From: Vicinamibacteria bacterium
GTDB taxonomy: Bacteria > Acidobacteriota > Vicinamibacteria > Marinacidobacterales > Marinacidobacteraceae
DNA length: 64,000 nt
Reading direction: 5' to 3'
NCBI GenBank assembly: GCA_963668695.2
Contig: CAXXLQ010000004.1
Coordinates: 1,440,001 to 1,504,000 of the forward strand
In this document: piece after piece, positions 47,768 through 57,871 of the stretch
Layout of the letters: every line of letters begins with the position of its first letter
How positions within the stretch are numbered: the first letter of the stretch is position 1
Translations under genes and position numbers: made by a program
The notes under the pieces: model-generated
The model's input: the letters and a program-made list of their open reading frames with translations, nothing else
The model's database searches: none
What the model was told of the DNA's origin: nothing

Positions 47768-49375
47768 TTGGCCCGGCTCAAATCCCACATCTCGACGGAA
47801 TCCGACGAATTCCGGGCCAACGAGGCCCACAACCGCCAGCTCTCAGAGACCCTGCAGGCCCGGATGGCCGAAGCCCGCAAGGGTGGCAGCGGCCGGGCGC
47901 GGACGCGCCATGCGGAACAGGGAAAGCTCTTTGTCCGCGAGCGAATCGAACGGCTCTCCGATCCGGATTCACCGTTCCTCGAGATCGGGCCGCTCGCCGC
48001 CCACGAATGCTACGACGCCCCCACCCCGGCCGCCGGTCTGGTGGCGGGAGTGGCTTCGATTTCGGGACGGCTCGCCATGGTGGTCGCGAACGATGCCACC
48101 GTGAAGGGTGGGACCTACTACCCGCTCACGGTCAAAAAACACCTCCGCGCCCAGGAAATCGCGGCCCGCTGCGAACTCCCGTGCGTGTATCTGGTGGATA
48201 GCGGCGGGGCGTTCCTGCCCCTCCAGGCCGAGGTCTTCCCCGACCGGGATCACTTCGGGCGGATCTTTCGCAACCAGGCGGTGATGAGCGCCCGGGGCAT
48301 TCCGCAGTTCGCGGCAGTCATGGGCATGTGCACGGCGGGCGGTGCCTACGTCCCGGCGATGAGCGACGAAGCGGTGATCGTCTCGGGAACGGGGACCATC
48401 TACCTTGGAGGTCCGCCGCTCGTGAAGGCCGCGACCGGCGAGGAGGTGAGCCCCGAGGAACTCGGAGGCGCCCGGATCCACACCGAACGCTCCGGGGTGG
48501 CCGACCATCTTGCGGAGGATGATCACGCGGCGATCCGGCTTCTCCGCGAATCGGTCGGGCGACTGCCCATCGGGTCCCAAGAGCCGATCCGCGACGCCGA
48601 TCCCGAACTACCCGACTACCCGGAAGAGGAAATCCTGGGCATCTGGCCCCGGGACCGCCGGGTCCGGGTGGACATTCGCGAAACCCTCGCCCGGCTGCTC
48701 GATGGCAGCCGCCTCGATGAGTTCAAGGCGCGCTACGGCACGACGCTGGTGACGGGGTTCGGCCGGATCGAAGGCATCACCGTAGGGGTCGTGGCCAGTA
48801 ACGGTGTCCTCTTCAGCGAGAGCGGCCTGAAGGGCGCCCACTTCGTTCAGCTCTGCGCTCGCGAGGGCTTGCCGCTGCTCTTCGTCCAGGACATCACCGG
48901 GTTCATGGTCGGGGCGCGCTATGAGCAGGGTGGGATCGCCAAGGACGGGGCCAAGATGGTGAACGCGGTGGCGACCGCGGAGGTCCCGAAGATCACCCTG
49001 ATCGCCGGTGGAAGCTTCGGGGCGGGCAACTACGCCATGTGCGGGCGCGCCTACGATCCGACCTTCGTCTGGTCGTGGCCATCGAGCCGCATTTCGGTGA
49101 TGGGCGGCGAACAGGCCGCGTCCGTCCTGGTCCAGGTCAAGCGCGACCAGCGCGAGCGCGCCGGGGAGCAGTTGACAAGCGCCGAGGCCGAGGAGATTGC
49201 CGCCCCCGTGCGCGAAAAGTACGAGCGCGAGGGCAGCCCCTACTACGCGACGGCGCGCCTTTGGGACGACGGCTTGGTGGACATGCGGAACACGCGCCGG
49301 ACGCTCGCTCTGAGCCTGGCGGCCGCCGCGAATGCGCCCGTGCCGCAATCCCGGCACGGCATCTTCCGGATGTAG
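47768..49375 (+). CDS. liuB: Acyl-CoA carboxylase carboxyltransferase subunit (methylcrotonyl/geranyl-CoA type)
   Basis: [46 protein letters not shown]; TAGAAT at 47739. Confidence 0.85.
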   Translation: MARLKSHISTESDEFRANEAHNRQLSETLQARMAEARKGGSGRARTRHAEQGKLFVRERIERLSDPDSPFLEIGPLAAHECYDAPTPAAGLVAGVASISGRLAMVVANDATVKGGTYYPLTVKKHLRAQEIAARCELPCVYLVDSGGAFLPLQAEVFPDRDHFGRIFRNQAVMSARGIPQFAAVMGMCTAGGAYVPAMSDEAVIVSGTGTIYLGGPPLVKAATGEEVSPEELGGARIHTERSGVADHLAEDDHAAIRLLRESVGRLPIGSQEPIRDADPELPDYPEEEILGIWPRDRRVRVDIRETLARLLDGSRLDEFKARYGTTLVTGFGRIEGITVGVVASNGVLFSESGLKGAHFVQLCAREGLPLLFVQDITGFMVGARYEQGGIAKDGAKMVNAVATAEVPKITLIAGGSFGAGNYAMCGRAYDPTFVWSWPSSRISVMGGEQAASVLVQVKRDQRERAGEQLTSAEAEEIAAPVREKYEREGSPYYATARLWDDGLVDMRNTRRTLALSLAAAANAPVPQSRHGIFRM

Positions 49376-49415
49376 GCGTCCGGGAACGCGTGGCACCGGC
49401 ATCGTGAAGCCGCCA

Positions 49416-51314
49416 ATGCGGAAGAGAAACGTTCGGGTCGGCAACGCCGGCGGGTACTGGGGAGACGACCCGCGGGCGCTCCGGTCTCAGGTGCTCGGTC
49501 CGGAACCGCCCGAATTCGTGACCGCGGACTTTCTGGCCGAGATCACGATGAGCATTCTGCAAAAGCAGCGCTCCCGGGATCCCTCCGCCGGATACGCCCG
49601 GGATTTCGTGGACCAGATCGCCCCCCTGCTTCCGGCCATCCGGGAACGCGGGATCACGGTGATCACGAACGCGGGAGGGGTGAACCCCACGGGCTGCGCG
49701 CAGGCGGTGCTCCGGGCGGCGGTTCGGGCAGGAGTCGGGTTGACGGTCGCGGTGGTCGAGGGCGATGACCTGCTGGATCGGCTCGACCCCTTGTTGGCCG
49801 AAGGGGTCCGCTTCGACAACCTGGAAACCGGGGCCGCGTTCGCACCGCGCCGCGCGGATGTCCTGTCGGCGAACGCCTATTTCGGGGCCGAGCCGATCGT
49901 CCGGGCCCTCGCCCACCGGCCGGACGTGGTGGTCACCGGACGCGTCACGGACACCGGAATCACGCTCGCGCCCATTCGGCACGCCTTCGGCTGGGATCCC
50001 GACGACTGGGACCGGGTCGCGGGCGGAATCGTGGCCGGGCACCTGATCGAGTGCGGCGTGCAGGCCACCGGGGGGAACTTCACCGACTGGGAGCGGGTCC
50101 CGGGACTGGGCAGGGAGGGTTTTCCGGTCGTCGAGGTGGAAGAGGACGGCCGTTTCGTGCTCACGAAGCAGTCGGGATCCGGAGGGCTGGTGTCTCCTGC
50201 GGTGGCTCGGGAGCAACTGCTCTATGAAATTGGAGATCCGGAGTGCTATCTCTGCCCGGACGCGACCGTGGACTTTTCGGGACTCGGCGTCGTCGCCGTC
50301 GGAGAGGACCGGGTGCTTGTCGAGGGGGCGCGCGGCGGGCCGCCTCCGCCCGACCTCAAGGTAAGCGCTTCGGTCCGGGGCGGCTTCAGCGTGCGGGGCA
50401 GCCTGGTGGTCGGTGGCCCGGATGTCCGAAAGAAGGCGGGGGCGCTCGAGACTGCGTTCCGGGAGCGGCTCGGGGTCGACTGCGAAGCGGCGGGCGTTCC
50501 TTTTCCGGTGGAACTGCGGGTAGACCTCGCGGGTGCCGACGCGGCGCAGCGCGGCCTTGCCGATGCATCGCGCCTCGATCCCTCGGAGGGACTCGTCCGG
50601 TTCGCCGCCTGGAGCCCGGCCCGGGAGCCGCTGCAGGTCTTCCGCAAGCTGCTCCCGAGCTTCATCCTGAGCGGGCCGGCGGGCCTCGCCGTCACAGGGG
50701 GCGCGCCCGCGATTTCCGAAGTGGTCGGCTATTGGCCGGCGCTCGTCCCGCGGGACCGGGTTGTGGCCACGGTTTCGGTGATCCGGATGGCCGCCGACGG
50801 AACGGAGGAACTGGTCGCCGAAGAGCGCGTGCCCTTCGAGGGCCCGACCTCCCCCGCGGCCGGCAACCGGCCGCCGCGCGCCGAACGGCGTCCGGCTCCC
50901 GACTCTCCCGGGTCCGGCCCCGTCGTCGAGGCGCCCCTCGGGGCGGTGGCGCACGCGCGGAGCGGGGACAAGGGAGACGCCGCCAACATCGGGATCATCG
51001 GGCGGAGCGCCGCCTGCTATGAGTGGCTCCGGGAGCACCTCTCGGGTCCGGTCGTCGCGCAGTGGGTTCGGGAGGTGACCGACGGGCCCGTTACGCGCTA
51101 CGAGGTGCCGGGCCTCTGGGCGCTCAACTTCATTCTGGAGCGGGCGCTCGGGGGCGGCGGAACCCGCAGCCTGCTGCTCGATCCGCAGGGGAAGACACTC
51201 GCGCAGGGGCTGCTCCGCCAGCGGGTGCGGGTCCCGGCCGCCCTCCTTTCTACTATTCCTCCCGAGAATCGACCGCTCTCCGCAGCGTTCGCTTCCCCCT
51301 CGCCCGCACCATGA
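49416..51314 (+). CDS. AtuA family (DUF1446) acyclic terpene utilisation protein
   Basis: GNAGGYWGD, DFLAEITM, NAGGVNP, GHLIECG, EQLLYEIGDP, ARSGDKG, DPQGK. Confidence 0.88.
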   Translation: MRKRNVRVGNAGGYWGDDPRALRSQVLGPEPPEFVTADFLAEITMSILQKQRSRDPSAGYARDFVDQIAPLLPAIRERGITVITNAGGVNPTGCAQAVLRAAVRAGVGLTVAVVEGDDLLDRLDPLLAEGVRFDNLETGAAFAPRRADVLSANAYFGAEPIVRALAHRPDVVVTGRVTDTGITLAPIRHAFGWDPDDWDRVAGGIVAGHLIECGVQATGGNFTDWERVPGLGREGFPVVEVEEDGRFVLTKQSGSGGLVSPAVAREQLLYEIGDPECYLCPDATVDFSGLGVVAVGEDRVLVEGARGGPPPPDLKVSASVRGGFSVRGSLVVGGPDVRKKAGALETAFRERLGVDCEAAGVPFPVELRVDLAGADAAQRGLADASRLDPSEGLVRFAAWSPAREPLQVFRKLLPSFILSGPAGLAVTGGAPAISEVVGYWPALVPRDRVVATVSVIRMAADGTEELVAEERVPFEGPTSPAAGNRPPRAERRPAPDSPGSGPVVEAPLGAVAHARSGDKGDAANIGIIGRSAACYEWLREHLSGPVVAQWVREVTDGPVTRYEVPGLWALNFILERALGGGGTRSLLLDPQGKTLAQGLLRQRVRVPAALLSTIPPENRPLSAAFASPSPAP

Positions 51315-52132
51315 GTTCCCCGCATCTCCAGCTCGATTTCGAGGCGCACGGCGTGGTCCGTCTCACGCTCCGGCGACCCGAGGCGCGAAATGCCCTGACC
51401 CCGGAGATGGTCGCGGGAATTCCGGCGCTGCTGGCGGAGCTATCCGCTTCGCCGGCGGAGGAGTGCCGGGTGGTGGTGTTGCAGGGGGAGGGGAGGGTTT
51501 TCTGCGCGGGGGCCGATCTGAAAGCGATGCGGGAGTCGGGACAGGCGAGCGAGGAAGAAAACCGCCACGACGCGCGGCGCTTTGCGACTCTTTTCCGATC
51601 GGTTGCCGCGTTCCCGGCGCCGGTCATTGCGGCGGTGCAGGGAGCGGCGCTCGGAGGCGGCTTCGGACTCGCGGTGTGTGCCGATCACGTCCTCGCCGAG
51701 GAAGCCGCCCGCTTCGGAACCCCCGAGGCGCGCCTCGGGCTCGTTCCGGCGGTCATCTCCCCCTACGTGGTGCGGCGCCTCGGCCCCGGCCGCGCCGGTC
51801 CCTTCCTGCTCGGGGGGGCGGTGGCAAGGGGGCAGGCTGCCCTTGCCGCCGGCATCGTGCACGAGCTGACTCCGGTCGGCGGCCTCTCCGATGTGCTCGG
51901 GGTGACGCTCGCGCGTTTCCTCGAGAGCGCTCCGCGGGCGGTGCGCCAGGCGAAGGCGCTCATGCTGCGGGAGGCTCCACTGCCCCCGCCGGACATCGAG
52001 GAGCTGACCATTCGTACGATCGCTGCCGCCCGGGCCTCCGACGAAGGGCAGGCGGGCACGGCCGCCTTCTTCACCAAATCGCCGCCGCCGTGGGCCCCCG
52101 GGTCAAAGTCCTCGGGTGGCGCGACCCGCTAA
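51311..52132 (+). CDS. liuC: Enoyl-CoA hydratase/isomerase (methylglutaconyl-CoA hydratase-like)
   Basis: RNAL, FCAGADL, ALGGGFGL, PEARLGLVPAVISPYV. Confidence 0.8.
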   Translation: MSSPHLQLDFEAHGVVRLTLRRPEARNALTPEMVAGIPALLAELSASPAEECRVVVLQGEGRVFCAGADLKAMRESGQASEEENRHDARRFATLFRSVAAFPAPVIAAVQGAALGGGFGLAVCADHVLAEEAARFGTPEARLGLVPAVISPYVVRRLGPGRAGPFLLGGAVARGQAALAAGIVHELTPVGGLSDVLGVTLARFLESAPRAVRQAKALMLREAPLPPPDIEELTIRTIAAARASDEGQAGTAAFFTKSPPPWAPGSKSSGGATR

Positions 52133-52141
52133 CGGTCCTTC

Positions 52142-54127
52142 GTGTCCTCTGCGCCGCCGCGGCTGCTGATCGCCAACCGGGGCGAGATCGCGCGGCGGAT
52201 CCTCCGCTCGGCGCGTGGGCGCGGCTCCCCGGTTGCGGTGGTTTCGACTTCCGCCGACCGCGGGGCGCCGGTTCGGGCGGAGGCTGACCAGGTCTTCGAA
52301 GTTCCGGACTTTCTGGATGGGCCGGCCGTGATCGCGGCGGCGGAGCGCTTTCGGGCGGATCTGCTGCACCCGGGATACGGCTTTTTGTCGGAGAGTCCCT
52401 CGTTTGCCGCTGCGGTAGAAGCTGCCGGTATCGGTTTCGTGGGACCGACCGCCGAGGCGATGCGCCGACTCGGTGACAAGGAATCCGCGCGGCAAACCGC
52501 GATCGCGGCGGGCGTTGAGGTGCTCCCCTCGCTGTCTTCGGAGGGGCTCGCCGCCACCGGGGACGGCGTGCGGGAGGCGAAGCGGGCAGGGCTCGACTTC
52601 CCCTGTGCGGTCAAGGCGGCGGCGGGCGGTGGGGGCATCGGGATCCGCGTCGTCCGCCGCCCGGAGGATCTGGCCGGCGCCCTGGCGTCGGCGTCCGCCG
52701 AAGCCCAAGCGGCCTTCGGCGATGGCCGGGTGTTTCTCGAACGCTGGCTCGACCGGCCGCGGCACGTCGAGATTCAGGTCTTCGGCGACGGACGGGGCGG
52801 CGGGGTCCACCTCGGCGAGCGGGAGTGTTCGGTCCAGCGTCGCCGGCAGAAGCTCGTGGAGTGGTCTCCCGGATTCGGAATCTCGGAGGATCTCCGCGCG
52901 CGGATGGGGCAGGCGGCGCTGCGGCTGGTGATCGAAAGCCGCTACCGGGGTGCGGGGACGGTGGAGTTCCTCCTGGACCCGGATGGGGGTTTCTTCTTTC
53001 TTGAAGTGAACACCCGGCTGCAGGTCGAGCACCCGGTGACGGAGGAGGTGTACGGGGTGGACCTGGTGGATGCGCAGTTGTCGCTCGCCGCCGGCGTTTG
53101 GCCCGATTCCCTGCCGCCGCCCGTATCCCGGCCCGGGACGTTTCGGCCGCTCACGCCCCGGGGAGCGGCGATGGAGGCGCGGGTCCTCGCCGAATCGCCC
53201 CGGAACGCGTTCGCCCCGAGCCCCGGGCGGCTCCGCCGCTACCGCGAGCCGCAGGGAGAAGACATCCGGGTGGACTCCGGAGTGGTCGAGGGCGCTGCCG
53301 TTCCTCCGGGTTTCGATTCCCTGCTCGCCAAGGTCATCGCCCGGGCCGAGACTCCGGCGGCGGCGGCCGCCCGGCTCGTCGCGGCGCTCGAGGACACGGT
53401 CATTCACGGAGTGGAGACCAACGTGTCCCTATTGATCTCGATTCTCCAGCATCCGGAGTTCCTCGCGGGGAACCCCCACACCGGCTGGGTCGAGGAGCGG
53501 GTCGAAGAACTGGTGGTGTCGCGACTGCCGGGCCCACTCGAGACGCTCCTCCGCCGCGAGCGGGTTGCCGAAGCGCTCTCGGCGGCGGCGCTGCGGCCGC
53601 GGCGAGCGGCGACCGCCGACATATTCCGATCGCTCGGGAGCGAGGCGGACTTTCCCCGACTGGATCCAGGGAGCCGGCCGGGGGAAGTTCTACTCTCCGG
53701 CGACGCCGTCAGAGACGCGGGAGTCCCGGAGCCGCTGCGGGCGACGGCGACTCCCCTCCCGGGCGGTCGCGAGGTGGCCGTCACCGTAGCCGGGGAAACT
53801 CTCGTCCTCGGGCTTTCCGGAGGCGGAGAGAAAGCCGGAGTCGCGAGCCGGGAGGGCGAGGTCCAGGCGCCCCTCGCCGGTGTGGTGGTGAGCGTGGTGG
53901 ACTCCGGCAGCAGCGTGGCGGAGGGCGAGGTCGTCGCGGTGATCGAGTCCATGAAGATGCACTGGGAAATCCGCGCTCCGGTGGGCGGATCTGTCGCAGA
54001 CGTCGCCGCGGGAGTCGGAGACGCCGTCGCCGCCGGGGCCCTCCTGTTCCGGATTGTCGCTCCGACCGCCGGGGATCCCGGACCTTCTCTGCGAGCGGGT
54101 TCTAACAGTGCTAGTGTGTGCTCATAG
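52142..54127 (+). CDS. liuD: Biotin carboxylase + biotin-carrier subunit of the acyl-CoA carboxylase
   Basis: LIANRGEIA, HPGYGFLSE, ERECSVQRR, EVNTRLQVEHPVTE, ESMKM. Confidence 0.85.
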   Translation: MSSAPPRLLIANRGEIARRILRSARGRGSPVAVVSTSADRGAPVRAEADQVFEVPDFLDGPAVIAAAERFRADLLHPGYGFLSESPSFAAAVEAAGIGFVGPTAEAMRRLGDKESARQTAIAAGVEVLPSLSSEGLAATGDGVREAKRAGLDFPCAVKAAAGGGGIGIRVVRRPEDLAGALASASAEAQAAFGDGRVFLERWLDRPRHVEIQVFGDGRGGGVHLGERECSVQRRRQKLVEWSPGFGISEDLRARMGQAALRLVIESRYRGAGTVEFLLDPDGGFFFLEVNTRLQVEHPVTEEVYGVDLVDAQLSLAAGVWPDSLPPPVSRPGTFRPLTPRGAAMEARVLAESPRNAFAPSPGRLRRYREPQGEDIRVDSGVVEGAAVPPGFDSLLAKVIARAETPAAAAARLVAALEDTVIHGVETNVSLLISILQHPEFLAGNPHTGWVEERVEELVVSRLPGPLETLLRRERVAEALSAAALRPRRAATADIFRSLGSEADFPRLDPGSRPGEVLLSGDAVRDAGVPEPLRATATPLPGGREVAVTVAGETLVLGLSGGGEKAGVASREGEVQAPLAGVVVSVVDSGSSVAEGEVVAVIESMKMHWEIRAPVGGSVADVAAGVGDAVAAGALLFRIVAPTAGDPGPSLRAGSNSASVCS

Positions 54128-54130
54128 GGG

Positions 54131-54721
54131 ATGCTGCCCATGACACCCGTCGAGCACTACCTGACCTCCCGAGGTCTCCGGGAATCCGACCCGGAGGTCT
54201 TGAACCGCGCCCTGGTCGCGGTGCTGGATCGGATGGAGCCCCTGGCGTACGGCGATGCCGCGGACGGCCTGCCGGCAGCCGAGCAGGCCGTGCTGCGCAC
54301 CGGTGGCCTCGATCTGGAGCCGCATCCCGGCCCCGACCCTCTCGCGATGACCGCCGTCAAGTACGCCGCCATCGTGCACCGGAGCCTCACTTCAAGGGAG
54401 GTGAGCGAGCGGCTGGGACTCGCCGGCAGCCGGGTCCGCCAATTGGTCGCCGAGCGGTCGCTCTACAGCTTCCTGCTGGACGGCAAGCGCCGGATCCCGG
54501 GATTTCAGTTTCTGCCCGACGGCGGGTTGGTCCCGAACCTTTCGTGCGTGAACCGGGCGCTGAGCCCCGCGCTGCATCCCGTCGAGGTCTCCAACTGGCT
54601 GCACGGTCGAAATCCCGATCTGCTCGTGGACGAGGACATAGGTACCACGGTGTCCCCGCTTGACTGGCTCAAGGCCGGACACGATGCGGCGCCGGTAGCC
54701 CTGCTGGCGAATCGCTTATAG
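54131..54721 (+). CDS. Putative HTH antitoxin partner of the RES toxin
   Basis: LTSREVSERLGLAGSRVRQ helix-turn-helix, PGFQF, SPLDWL; directly upstream of the RES gene. Confidence 0.7.
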   Translation: MLPMTPVEHYLTSRGLRESDPEVLNRALVAVLDRMEPLAYGDAADGLPAAEQAVLRTGGLDLEPHPGPDPLAMTAVKYAAIVHRSLTSREVSERLGLAGSRVRQLVAERSLYSFLLDGKRRIPGFQFLPDGGLVPNLSCVNRALSPALHPVEVSNWLHGRNPDLLVDEDIGTTVSPLDWLKAGHDAAPVALLANRL

Positions 54722-54727
54722 GGCTCG

Positions 54728-55381
54728 GTGCCGAAACTCCCGAACACCCCCGATCTCGATCGCCTGCGGGCGCGGGAGCCTGTCCTCATTTCGATTCCTC
54801 GCGGCTCGGTCGTCCACCGCGTGTACCGGCGGGGTGGGGCTTACCCCACGCTTTGGAACGCGTTTCGTTTCTTCGGCCCCACCTCGGCGAGGTTCGATCA
54901 CCAGCTTCCGGACGAAGGCGGAGGTCCGTCAGCGCAGCAGCGCGGCGTGCTGTATGCGGCGACCGACATCGTCACCGCCCTTGCCGAGGCCTTTCAACAA
55001 GGACGGACCGTCAACCGACTCGCGAATCGGCCGTGGCTCGTGTCGTTCGCCTTGGCCAGTGAACTCACGCTGCTCGATCTGACCGGTACCTTCCCTATCA
55101 GCGTCGGAGCCTCCATGAAGCTGGCCAGTGGCCCCACCCTCTATTCGCAGAACTGGTCTCGCGGCTTCTACGAGTGTTCCCCCGGGGTCCACGGGCTCTA
55201 CTACTTTGGTTCGCTGACGAATCGCCCGGTAATGGCGCTCTACGAACGGGCGCTCGACGAACGGGCGCTCGACGCGGGTGTGTTTCCGGCGACTCCAAGT
55301 GTGCACCGGTCGCTGGACGACCCCCTGCTGATCGAACCGCTCCGCAATGCCTGTCGGACGGTCGGCTACGACTTCCTCTGA
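54728..55381 (+). CDS. RES-domain toxin (NAD+-consuming family)
   Basis: HRVYR, ARFDH, VLYAA, ALAEAF, LLDLT, GLYYFGS. Confidence 0.8.
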   Translation: MPKLPNTPDLDRLRAREPVLISIPRGSVVHRVYRRGGAYPTLWNAFRFFGPTSARFDHQLPDEGGGPSAQQRGVLYAATDIVTALAEAFQQGRTVNRLANRPWLVSFALASELTLLDLTGTFPISVGASMKLASGPTLYSQNWSRGFYECSPGVHGLYYFGSLTNRPVMALYERALDERALDAGVFPATPSVHRSLDDPLLIEPLRNACRTVGYDFL

Positions 55382-55431
55382 CGGTTTCCGGCGCGGCAGC
55401 CCTCCGCAGTCGGCCGCCCGGACTGCCACCA

Positions 55432-55558
55432 GTCTCCGCGTCCGCCGGCATCTTCGGGCTCATGGCATTCGTTACCGGTGCTCGCCGCGGCGGCGATCCT
55501 GGTTCCCGCGCTCCGGGGGGCGCGGGTCAGCCCGACCGAGGTACTGCGCATCCAGCAG
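55432..55558 (+). pseudogene. Collapsed remnant of an ADOP/MacB-FtsX ABC permease C-terminus
   Basis: SASAGIFGLMAFV, then in another frame VLAAAAILVPALRGARVSPTEVLRIQ. Confidence 0.55.
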
Positions 55559-55632
55559 GGCGCGGGATCGCTCGGCAGCAGGCCGGGGCGCACCTGGCGA
55601 TCTGGACGCCCGCATTGCCGGGTTCCGTGAAT

Positions 55633-55655
55633 TAGACTAGTCGAACCAGCTAGTC
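55633..55655 (+). promoter_or_regulatory. Putative vapBC promoter/operator: TAGACT -10 overlapping GACTAG-N9-CTAGTC
   Basis: Inverted repeat 14 nt upstream of the antitoxin ATG. Confidence 0.55.
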
Positions 55656-55669
55656 GGAGAGCTGCCCAC

Positions 55670-55927
55670 ATGAAGACCATTGGCGCCTACGAGGCGAAGA
55701 CCTTCCTGCCTCGGCTTCTCGACCGCGTGCAGCGCGGCGAGAGCCTCACGATCACCCGGCACGGCCGGCCCGTGGCTCGACTTGTCCCGGTGGACGTGGA
55801 CGACCGGGAGCGCGCCGCGGAGGCCGCTCGACGTATCGTGGAGCGTCGCGCTCGTCTGAAGAGAGCTGGCAAGACTGCTTCCATTGATGACCTGATCGCC
55901 ACGATCCATGAAGGGCACCGCTATTGA
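55670..55927 (+). CDS. Phd/YefM-family antitoxin
   Basis: MKTIGAYEAKT..LL....GE...ITRHGRPVARLVP. Confidence 0.92.
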   Translation: MKTIGAYEAKTFLPRLLDRVQRGESLTITRHGRPVARLVPVDVDDRERAAEAARRIVERRARLKRAGKTASIDDLIATIHEGHRY

Positions 55928-56340
55928 CCTCGTTCGTCCTCGACAATTCGGTTGTCCTCGCCTGGTGCCTCGAGGACGAGGCCCAGCCGCTGGCCGACCG
56001 CGCGATGCGCCGCGTGACTGAGGAAGGGGCCGTTGCGCCCGGAATTTGGTGGTACGAGCTGCGCAATGCGCTGATCAGCAACGAACGCCGAGGCCGTCTT
56101 TCGGCGGCAGACACTCGGGATAATCTCGTTGATCTCGCGAAAATGCACATCCTGTTAGATTCGAACCACGACGAGGCGACGATTCTTGATCTCGCCCGCC
56201 GGCACCGGTTGAGCGCGTACGACGCTGCCTATCTCGAAGTGGCCATGCGCCGGGGGCTTCCCCTGGCGTCGCTCGACCGGCGCCTCCGCGAGGCGGCAGC
56301 CGCGAATGGAATCGAAGTGCTGAACGAGAACGACTCCTGA
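55924..56340 (+). CDS. vapC: PIN-domain toxin
   Basis: FVLDNS, YELRNAL, LSAYDAAYL, LASLD. Confidence 0.92.
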   Translation: MTSFVLDNSVVLAWCLEDEAQPLADRAMRRVTEEGAVAPGIWWYELRNALISNERRGRLSAADTRDNLVDLAKMHILLDSNHDEATILDLARRHRLSAYDAAYLEVAMRRGLPLASLDRRLREAAAANGIEVLNENDS

Positions 56341-56445
56341 GGCGCCGCCCCGGGGTGCGCTCCCGACACATGCTCCGCACCAAACTGTCGTAGGCGGGGC
56401 GTTTTCTCCGAAGCCAGAAGCGGGAGTTCGCCATACCCTTGCGAG

Positions 56446-57849
56446 ATGGCGCAGGCGACGGAACGTCCGGCGGACGGCCGCCGCGGCCTCGACATCTACA
56501 TCGTCCTCTCCGCTCTGATCGCGGTAGCGGCGCTCCTTACCTGGATCATCCCGGCCGGCCGCTACGAGCGGACGGTCCTTCCCGACGGGCGGGAGGCGGT
56601 GGTGCCGGGGTCCTACCAGGTGATCGAACGGTCGCCGGCGGGGCTCATGGACGTGATCACAGCCATCCCGGACGGGCTCGTCGACGCGGCGAGCGTGGTC
56701 TTCCTCGTGTTTCTCGTCGCGGGCTCGGTGGGGGTGATCCGCCGCGCCGGAGTCCTGGATCTCGGGGTGAAGCGGCTGACCGCCGCTACCGGGCGGCGGG
56801 TCGAACTCCTGATCCCGGCGCTCATGTTCGCCTTCGCTTCGGTCTCGGCGGTGGTGGGGATGCCGGAGCTCTCCATCGCCTACCTCCCGATCGTGCTGCC
56901 CCTGCTGCAGCGCTTCGGCTGCGGGCGGGTCACCGGAACCGCGGTGGCGCTGCTGCCGACGACCCTCGGCGCGGCGTTCGGGGTGACGGTGCCGTCGACG
57001 GTGGGGATCGGGCACCTGCTGGCGGGCCTGCCGATGTATTCGGGGGCCTCCTACCGGTTCGTCTTCTTCCTCATCGTGCAGACTGTGGCGGCGGTCTTCG
57101 TGGTGCGGCGGGCGCGCCGCGAGATCCGCCGGCGAAACGGGATCGGGGAAGTTCGAGAGCCAGTTCCCGCGGTGTCTGACGGATCCGCCTCCGTTTCGTT
57201 CAGCAAGCGCCAGAAGGTGGCTGGAATCGTGGCGCTCGGCCTGTTTGCGGCGGTTGTCGTTTCGGTTCTCGTTCTGCGCCTCGGGTTCGAGGAGATTGGG
57301 GGCGCCTTCGTCGCCATGGCGGTGGTCGTCTCGTTGTTGGCGGGCCGTGGGCCGAACCAGATCTGTTCCGACTTCAACGATTCGTTCCGGGAGATTCTCG
57401 TCGGCGCTCTGGTCTGCGGCGTCGCCCGCGGCGTTTCCGTGGTGATGACCGAGGGCGCGGTGATGGACACCGTGGTCTATAGGGCCGCCCTGATGGTGTC
57501 GTCCCTGCCGCCCGCGCTCACGGCCGTCGGGGTCTTGTTCGGCCAGACCGTTTTCAACTTCCTCGTCCCTTCGGGAAGCGGACAGGCGCTCATCACCCTG
57601 CCGATCCTGGTGCCGGTCGCCGATCTCGCCGGGGTCACGCGGCAGGTCGTGGTGCTCGCCACCCAATGGGGGGACGGGATCACGAACGTCATTTTTCCCA
57701 CCTCCGGGTATTTCATGGCGACGCTCGTGATGGCGCGGGTCGGGCTGCTGCGATGGATCCGCTACTACCTGCCGCTCTTTGGGATCATTCTCCTGATCGC
57801 GACCGGCGGGCTGGTGATTGCCCAATACATCGAGCTCGGCCCGTTCTAG
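56446..57849 (+). CDS. YfcC/DcuC-like membrane transporter
   Basis: LTWIIPAGRY, NFLVPSGSGQA, QWGDGITN, FPTSG. Confidence 0.85.
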   Translation: MAQATERPADGRRGLDIYIVLSALIAVAALLTWIIPAGRYERTVLPDGREAVVPGSYQVIERSPAGLMDVITAIPDGLVDAASVVFLVFLVAGSVGVIRRAGVLDLGVKRLTAATGRRVELLIPALMFAFASVSAVVGMPELSIAYLPIVLPLLQRFGCGRVTGTAVALLPTTLGAAFGVTVPSTVGIGHLLAGLPMYSGASYRFVFFLIVQTVAAVFVVRRARREIRRRNGIGEVREPVPAVSDGSASVSFSKRQKVAGIVALGLFAAVVVSVLVLRLGFEEIGGAFVAMAVVVSLLAGRGPNQICSDFNDSFREILVGALVCGVARGVSVVMTEGAVMDTVVYRAALMVSSLPPALTAVGVLFGQTVFNFLVPSGSGQALITLPILVPVADLAGVTRQVVVLATQWGDGITNVIFPTSGYFMATLVMARVGLLRWIRYYLPLFGIILLIATGGLVIAQYIELGPF

Positions 57850-57871
57850 GGAGGCGGTCTGGAGAACACTC

